A stretch of DNA of 64,000 bases, taken from NCBI GenBank assembly GCA_963666835.2, contig CAXXGO010000001.1, positions 1,984,001 to 2,048,000 of the forward strand, written 5' to 3'. Source of the stretch: Phycisphaerae bacterium (lineage in GTDB: Bacteria; Planctomycetota; Phycisphaerae; UBA1845). Below the pieces are notes generated by a model that saw nothing but the letters and a program-made list of their open reading frames with translations, was not told where the DNA came from and ran no database searches. Of the stretch, positions 58,183 to 64,000 are shown piece by piece (positions within the stretch are counted from its first letter, which is position 1; every line of letters starts with the position of its first letter). Made by a program: the position numbers and the translations under genes.

Positions 58183-60132
58183 ATGAGGATCACTTTGCTG
58201 CTATGTCTGCTCTCGTCGTGGATTGCGAGCCAACCGGCCGATGCCGGGGCCGATCTACCGCCGCTCATACCCCGCGAGGTGCTCTTCGGTAACCCGGACA
58301 AGGTCAGCCCGGAGGTCTCCCCGGATGGAACGCGGCTGTCCTATCTGGCTCCGGATCACGGCGTGCTCAACGTGTGGGTCCGGACCATCGGGGCGGAGGA
58401 CGATCGTCCGGTTACCGACGATCGAGGCCGGGGCATTCGTGCATACTTCTGGGCCCGGAACAGCAAGCAGATTGTCTATGTCCAGGATACTGATGGCGAT
58501 GAGAACTGGCATGTATTCACAACCAACCTGGACACGGACGAACGGCGAGATCTTACGCCGTTCAAGAACGTGGCCGCGTGGGTAATCGCGGTCGAGCCTG
58601 AGTTCCCGGACGAGATTCTGGTTGCCATCAACAAACGATCTCCGGAATACCACGATGTTTTCCGAGCGAACCTGGTCACGGGAGAACTGACTCTCGAAGT
58701 GCAAAACAGCCGCGGGTTTGTTGATTGGATGGCGGATCGGAATCTCCACGTTCGCGGTGCTGTACGGGTGGGACGCGACGGCGGAGCTGCTCTGATGGTG
58801 CGCGACACGATCGACAGTCCCTGGCGGACCCTGACTACGTGGGATCCGGAGAATGCGCTGGGTTGCGGCCCGCTCGGGTTCACTCCGGACGGCAAGGGAC
58901 TGTATTTGATAAGCAGTACCGGCAGCAACACGGCCGAGTTGCGCGAGATCGACATTGCCACCGGACGGGAGAAGGTGCTGGCCGGTGACAGCAATACGGA
59001 TGTCGCCGGGGTGTTAATGCATCCGCAACTGCGGACGATCCAGGCGGTTGCGTTCGTGAAGGAACGCATGAGCTGGCAGGTGTTGGACCCGTCAATTACC
59101 GACGATTTTTCCGCGATCGGGGGCATCAGGCGAGGCGATTTCGGTCTGATCAACCGCGACTACGCGGACCGGATCTGGCTGGTCTACTTCGTCACGGACG
59201 ACGGCCCGGTCTACTACTATGTTTACGATCGCAAATCAAAGACCGCGAGATTCCTATTCACTCATCGCCAAGCTGTGGAGGAACTTCAACTGGCGCAGAT
59301 GGCTCCGATCAAGTTCGAGAGTCGCGACGGGTTGACGATCCACGGATATCTGACAACGCCTCCCGGGCTTGCGCCGAAGAACCTGCCCTTGGTTCTCAAT
59401 GTTCACGGGGGACCTTGGCACCGCGACACCTGGGGCTGCCATTCGGAAGTGCAATGGCTGGCCAACCGTGGGTACGCGGTGCTCCAGGTCAATTTCCGCG
59501 GCTCGACCGGTTACGGAAAGCGATTTCTAAATGCCGGCAACCGCGAGTGGGGCGGCAAGATGCACGACGATTTGATCGACGGCGTCAACTGGGCCGTTCA
59601 GCAGGGCGTGGCCGACCCGGAACGCATCGCTATCTACGGCGGTTCCTACGGTGGCTACGCCGCCCTGGTTGGTCTGACGTTTACGCCGGAGGTCTTCTGT
59701 TGCGGAGTGGATATCGTCGGCCCCAGCAATCTGGTAACGTGGATGAAGACGGTCCCTCCGTATTGGAAGCCGTTCGAGCCGATGCTCTTTCAAAGGGTCG
59801 GACATCCTCAGGAAGACGCCGAGTTTCTCAGGTCACGTTCGCCGTTGTTCAAAGTCGACCAGATAACCAGTCCGCTGTTGATTGCGCAAGGAGCCAACGA
59901 TCCGCGGATCAGGGCTGCCGAATCGCGCCAAATGGTCGATAAGCTCCGCGAATTGGGCAAGGATGTGGAGTACGTCGAGTACGAGGACGAAGGGCACGGT
60001 TTCGCCCGCCCGGAGAACCGCCTCGACTTCTACGCCCGTGCTGAGAAGTTCCTGGCCAAGCACTTGGGCGGTAGGTTCGAGCCGATCGAGTCGATCCCGC
60101 TCAAGCCGCCTCCACCACCGCGTGTACATTGA
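58183..60132 (+). CDS. S9 family (prolyl oligopeptidase / acylaminoacyl peptidase) secreted peptidase
   Basis: VHGGPW, NFRGSTGYG, GGSYGG, QGANDPR, DEGHGF; signal peptide. Confidence 0.95.
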   Translation: MRITLLLCLLSSWIASQPADAGADLPPLIPREVLFGNPDKVSPEVSPDGTRLSYLAPDHGVLNVWVRTIGAEDDRPVTDDRGRGIRAYFWARNSKQIVYVQDTDGDENWHVFTTNLDTDERRDLTPFKNVAAWVIAVEPEFPDEILVAINKRSPEYHDVFRANLVTGELTLEVQNSRGFVDWMADRNLHVRGAVRVGRDGGAALMVRDTIDSPWRTLTTWDPENALGCGPLGFTPDGKGLYLISSTGSNTAELREIDIATGREKVLAGDSNTDVAGVLMHPQLRTIQAVAFVKERMSWQVLDPSITDDFSAIGGIRRGDFGLINRDYADRIWLVYFVTDDGPVYYYVYDRKSKTARFLFTHRQAVEELQLAQMAPIKFESRDGLTIHGYLTTPPGLAPKNLPLVLNVHGGPWHRDTWGCHSEVQWLANRGYAVLQVNFRGSTGYGKRFLNAGNREWGGKMHDDLIDGVNWAVQQGVADPERIAIYGGSYGGYAALVGLTFTPEVFCCGVDIVGPSNLVTWMKTVPPYWKPFEPMLFQRVGHPQEDAEFLRSRSPLFKVDQITSPLLIAQGANDPRIRAAESRQMVDKLRELGKDVEYVEYEDEGHGFARPENRLDFYARAEKFLAKHLGGRFEPIESIPLKPPPPPRVH

Positions 60133-60239
60133 ATGGGCGGCATGCTGCCGTACCGCCGGCCGGTGACCTGCGGATAGGCTGATTGCTTATCGCCGGGCCT
60201 TTCTGGGCGATTGTCGGCCCCTGCGCGAGAGGGTTTAGG

Positions 60240-60923
60240 TCAATCGGTAGATTGTTGATCGGGCATCCCCGTGAGTTGGTATCTGGCGACCCAGTAGTAG
60301 GGCAGTTCGGTGAATTCGAGGTTGCTGCCATAACCGTCGATGGTCTTCGCGAATGTCGCGGCATTCGGGAAGTTCTTGAGCACTTCATGTTCTGATCCGT
60401 CCGACAGCCGCCGCACCTGGTATGTGTTCCCATCGCCGTCGGTCCGGCTGACGCGCGTGTTGCTACCTTTGACATAGCGGTTGTCCAACACGAAGACCGT
60501 TGCTCCGACTGCAAGTTTCCCGTGCAGTACGCGCAGGAACCGTGGCAAATCAATTTGGGCAACGTGGGACCACCAGAACGCCATCAACCCGGCGGAAAAC
60601 TCCCCCGATACTCCCTCAAGCGTGTAGGCATCTGATTTGATGAAATCGGTGGGGCAGCGGCCGAAGTCCCTGCGCCGGGCGATGTCGAGAACCTCGTCGT
60701 TGCAGTCGACGGCAACGATCGATCGCGCGCTTAACGCGGCAATCTGTGTCCAATACCCCGTGCCGCACGCGATTTCGAGAACATCAAGATCCGTGAAACA
60801 CTCCGACAGCATGCTCTCCAATCGGCGCAAGTCGTCCTGTCGCTCGGGCTTCGAGTAGATCCGCTCAAACTCCGTTGCTCGCCTAGCGTAATATTGGACC
60901 ATGTCGTCGCGACGTTCGAACAT
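60240..60923 (-). CDS. Class I SAM-dependent methyltransferase
   Basis: VLEIACGTGYWT, FWWSHV. Confidence 0.9.
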   Translation of the reverse strand: MFERRDDMVQYYARRATEFERIYSKPERQDDLRRLESMLSECFTDLDVLEIACGTGYWTQIAALSARSIVAVDCNDEVLDIARRRDFGRCPTDFIKSDAYTLEGVSGEFSAGLMAFWWSHVAQIDLPRFLRVLHGKLAVGATVFVLDNRYVKGSNTRVSRTDGDGNTYQVRRLSDGSEHEVLKNFPNAATFAKTIDGYGSNLEFTELPYYWVARYQLTGMPDQQSTD

Positions 60924-61177
60924 GTTACTCCATTTGTTAAATCAGCAGCTCTGACCGGTTCCTACGTCTCCTGGCAACGGCGAACGGCGACGGATCTTCT
61001 GTCAGGGATCGTGTGTGCTTCTCGTTGCTTCGGTAAGCCGACAGTCCCTGACACTATCGTACTCACTGTCGACGGCAAAACGCAATAGACGAGGTTCTGT
61101 CCCCTGTCCCCGTGCCAATGCGTAAAGGTCTCGCCGCCGCATGGGGTCAGCGATCGGTGAGTGATCCGAATTCGGCG

Positions 61178-61217
61178 CAGAAGAAGAAGGGCCGCCCGCG
61201 CGCCGGCGGACGGCCCT
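61178..61217 (-). terminator. Intrinsic terminator after the M43 protease gene
   Basis: Minus strand AGGGCCGTCCGC-CGGCGC-GCGGGCGGCCCT followed by TCTTCTTCT. Confidence 0.6.
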
Positions 61218-61266
61218 GAAAAAGCCTTGCGTTTAGACTTCACCCTTAGAACGGATCGCTATCGCC

Positions 61267-64000
61267 TTACGGGCAACTTGCCGGTGCCGTGAAGGGATAG
61301 GCCAAGCCCTTGAACCCGTTTACGGCTTGCTGAATGTCCGTCATGTTGGTCAGGATATTCGGCACTTCGCCGTCGAGGTCGACCCAGGTCAGATGCGGGG
61401 CGGTCGGGGCGCCGGAGAATCGTTGCATAACGGCCTGAAGGTCACTCATGTTGATGACGCCGTTGGGTGGTCCCCAGGTACCGGAAAAACTACCTACACA
61501 GTCGGCCCAGAGCTTCGGCAACGGGGCGGGCGACGTCTCCAGCGTCAACGGGGCCGAGTAGTCGGTCTCGTCTAGCGGGTTGCATCCGCAATGGATTGCC
61601 TGAATCGCGTATTGCTCCCCCGTAGCGATTGCACAGTCGCCTACGTGAATGACGGCCGGGACGGTGTTCCAATCCTGGCAGTACCAGTCGCTGCCGAGGC
61701 GATAGAAGTCGTCAGGCTCTCCGGAAACGTGCTCCCGGACCCACCACTGGCGTCCGCTGCCGACGTGCGTAATCCGGATAGCGAACATCTCACCGCCGAC
61801 GCTGTAAATATCACTGACGTCGATCGAGAGGTACCGATTCTTGGGGACGTAACATCGCCCGCTGATGCAGGTGGCGACTCCCGTGCAGGTTGCGTCGCAA
61901 GGCCCGAATTCCTCCGGCATGGGGGCGTTGAGCGCCGGGCATTCACAGTCATCTGGAATGCCGTTGCTGTCGGTATCGGGCATGCCACCAATATTGATGT
62001 CGCACCAGTCGGGAATACCGTTCGGCTGGCAGTCCGCACAGTCCGGGTCTTCGGCGCCGCAATTCGCTATGTCGCAATCATCCGGAATGCCGTTCGGCTG
62101 GCAATCGGTCTCACATTCATCTGGAATCCCGTTCGTATTACAGTCGGCGCACGCCGGACAGATCGGCGGGACCTCGCACTCGTCCGGAACGACATTCGCG
62201 TTGCAGTCGTCCCCGGCCGGGTTGATCGGCGGGACCTCGCACTCGTCCGGAGTGCCGTTACTGTTGCAGTCCGGACCGGCACCGAGCGGCGGAATATCGC
62301 AATCGTCGGGAATGCTGTTGGAATTACAGTCGTTGGCCGTGCCCAGCTCGATCTCACAAAGGTCCGGAATACCGTTGCTATTGCAATCTCCACCGCCGAT
62401 CGTGGAGAACGACCAGATCGGCCCCTCGGTGTCCAACCCGAGCCGGTGGGAGACAACCTGCCAGTAGTAAGTCTGGTCGCATTCCAGCAGGCCGGGGTCA
62501 CAGTTCGGGTCTTCGACTCCGTGACAGACCACCGTCGTCGGAGGATTAGTCGTATCCATGAACACGTCATAGCCCGAGACACACTGCTCTTCCATCAAAC
62601 TGGTTAAGACGTCTTCACTCCAGCAGTGCATCCGCCCGGTCTGCTGGGGGGTAAACTCGGTGCAGCAGTAATCCGGAGTGTAGCCCATGTAGTTGTGGTA
62701 AGGCGTCGGTGCCCAGAAGTTATACGGGGAACAGGTGTCGTTGCCCGTAGGGTCATTGCAATACCGATGCAGCGGGGTCGCCGCAGTATCGGAGCACCGA
62801 TCACCCTCGTAGTCCTGATCCGCCACGCCGGCCAGTTCATAACACGGGTCTTCGCATCCATCGACCTCGTCAACTCCGTGGAACGGGTGCCAGAGTCCGA
62901 GGCAATGGCCAATCTCATGTACCAGGGTCGTATCTCCCGGTCCGAACATCGTCGAGTGCAGGCATACGCCGCCTTGGTTGCCCAGGCAATCCTCATCCCA
63001 CGGGAACGTGCCGTACGAATACGCATCGAGGTTGTACGTGAGGTAGACGTTTAGCTGCGTATCCGGCGACTCCGCGTATTCCTCCTTCATGTAGTAGAAC
63101 TCATAGTCCGGCTCCCCGGGGTTGATCGTCTGGTACTGCGTGCTGTTGTGAAAGACCGTCTCGTGAACAAACTGGATGTTGTACGGCTCGTAGCGCAGAT
63201 TGGTGAACGCCATGTGGTCATCAACCTCGGCCTCGGTGGCGAAGCACCCGGTGCCGGCATCGCTGCAGAACACGTGGAAGAGAACGCGGAATACCTTCGT
63301 CAGCGTGTACTCGTCCGGAATGAAGGCGTCACGCATGATCGGTGTATCGCAGATGCCGTCGATCGTACAGGCGTGCCGGGAGGCCAACGCATCTTTCTCG
63401 CCGGCGCCTACGTGGGCCAGCTTGGCATCGTATATCTCCTGGGTGGCGCAGCGGTCTTCGGTGGAGCGTGCCGCGCGGACGTCGTCGAACACACTGCTAA
63501 CCGCTTCCTTACTCCAGGTACGCTCACTCTGTGAGGCAATCGCTGCCGTGCGGATCGCGCCGCCGTCCCACGACAAATCGTCGTTAAGGCTGACATTGCC
63601 GGTGCCGTCGCCTGGGATCGGGTTGGCCGGTGTCGGAGGGCCGCCATCACCCTCGCAGTAGATCTGTGCATAGAACGCTGCGTAGTATGGCGCTATTGAG
63701 CAGTTGCAGCCCGCCCCCATCGTATAGTAGGCATCCGCGGAAAAACCGGTTTCGGCGGGTTCCCCCAACAGAATCCCGGCCGTTGAAGCCCCGGAGAACT
63801 GCAGGCGCAGCCAAGTAACCCGGGGAACCTGAACCGGCGCCGCGGATAGATCGACCGTCAGCACTTGCAGACCGGCCGTATCATCCAATCCGGAAAAAGA
63901 CCCGCTGGTTCCCGCGATCTCGCTGCCGCCGTCTTCCGGGCAAGCGTCCCACAGCGAGGCGGTTACATTGAACGTGCTGGAGCCGGTGCCGCCCCCGTCC
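61267..64000 (-). CDS. M43 (pappalysin/ulilysin-like) zinc metalloprotease with Cys/Asp repeats and dockerin-like tail (5' end beyond window)
   Basis: HEIGHCLGLWHPFHG, Met-turn NYMGY, FTPQQ..RM; frame open to 64000; tail DCVG..PPNGVINMSD...DLDGEVPNILTNMTD. Confidence 0.92.
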   Translation of the reverse strand, partial: DGGGTGSSTFNVTASLWDACPEDGGSEIAGTSGSFSGLDDTAGLQVLTVDLSAAPVQVPRVTWLRLQFSGASTAGILLGEPAETGFSADAYYTMGAGCNCSIAPYYAAFYAQIYCEGDGGPPTPANPIPGDGTGNVSLNDDLSWDGGAIRTAAIASQSERTWSKEAVSSVFDDVRAARSTEDRCATQEIYDAKLAHVGAGEKDALASRHACTIDGICDTPIMRDAFIPDEYTLTKVFRVLFHVFCSDAGTGCFATEAEVDDHMAFTNLRYEPYNIQFVHETVFHNSTQYQTINPGEPDYEFYYMKEEYAESPDTQLNVYLTYNLDAYSYGTFPWDEDCLGNQGGVCLHSTMFGPGDTTLVHEIGHCLGLWHPFHGVDEVDGCEDPCYELAGVADQDYEGDRCSDTAATPLHRYCNDPTGNDTCSPYNFWAPTPYHNYMGYTPDYCCTEFTPQQTGRMHCWSEDVLTSLMEEQCVSGYDVFMDTTNPPTTVVCHGVEDPNCDPGLLECDQTYYWQVVSHRLGLDTEGPIWSFSTIGGGDCNSNGIPDLCEIELGTANDCNSNSIPDDCDIPPLGAGPDCNSNGTPDECEVPPINPAGDDCNANVVPDECEVPPICPACADCNTNGIPDECETDCQPNGIPDDCDIANCGAEDPDCADCQPNGIPDWCDINIGGMPDTDSNGIPDDCECPALNAPMPEEFGPCDATCTGVATCISGRCYVPKNRYLSIDVSDIYSVGGEMFAIRITHVGSGRQWWVREHVSGEPDDFYRLGSDWYCQDWNTVPAVIHVGDCAIATGEQYAIQAIHCGCNPLDETDYSAPLTLETSPAPLPKLWADCVGSFSGTWGPPNGVINMSDLQAVMQRFSGAPTAPHLTWVDLDGEVPNILTNMTDIQQAVNGFKGLAYPFTAPASCP
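61940..62390 (-). repeat. Eight DCNxNGIPDxC-type coding repeats
   Basis: DCNSNGIPDLC, DCNSNSIPDDC, DCNSNGTPDEC, DCNANVVPDEC, DCNTNGIPDEC, DCQPNGIPDDC, DCQPNGIPDWC, DTDSNGIPDDC. Confidence 0.85.

Noticed and set aside
61940..62390. Repeated DNA motifs as a possible CRISPR array
   Set aside because: They are in-frame, degenerate protein repeats, and no cas genes are present.

Overview
GC-rich bacterial chromosomal segment. It looks like Planctomycetota, class Phycisphaerae, judged from an ECF sigma plus Ser/Thr kinase pair, IPTL-/PEP-CTERM proteins, Cys-rich DCNxNGIPDxC repeats, dockerin-like tails and a CxxCGYxLxGL...CPECG membrane protein; this taxonomy is inference only. No integrase, transposase, CRISPR array or rRNA was seen. 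2-21 kb holds secreted or surface proteins with putative cohesin and dockerin-like modules, some with PEP-CTERM or IPTL-CTERM anchors, mixed with an S8 protease, an EEP nuclease, a small RHH regulator with a visible operator, and a ~340-nt candidate structured ncRNA. 21-25 kb is an ECF sigma/kinase operon. 25-45 kb holds mnmA, a peptide-use cluster (two POT/MFS transporters, pepT, tricorn), GH114, rnhA, alkaline phosphatase and an acyl-CoA synthetase. 45-64 kb holds more hydrolases, PadR, two-component parts, an 8-heme cytochrome c abutting tRNA-Ser(GGA), an S9 peptidase and a truncated M43 protease. The best leads are a cellulosome-like cohesin-dockerin surface scaffold apparently geared to protein digestion, the unassigned ncRNA at 18.65-19.0 kb, and a peptide transporter carrying a possibly circularly permuted OB-fold insert. 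All domain calls come from motif recognition by eye; no database search was run.
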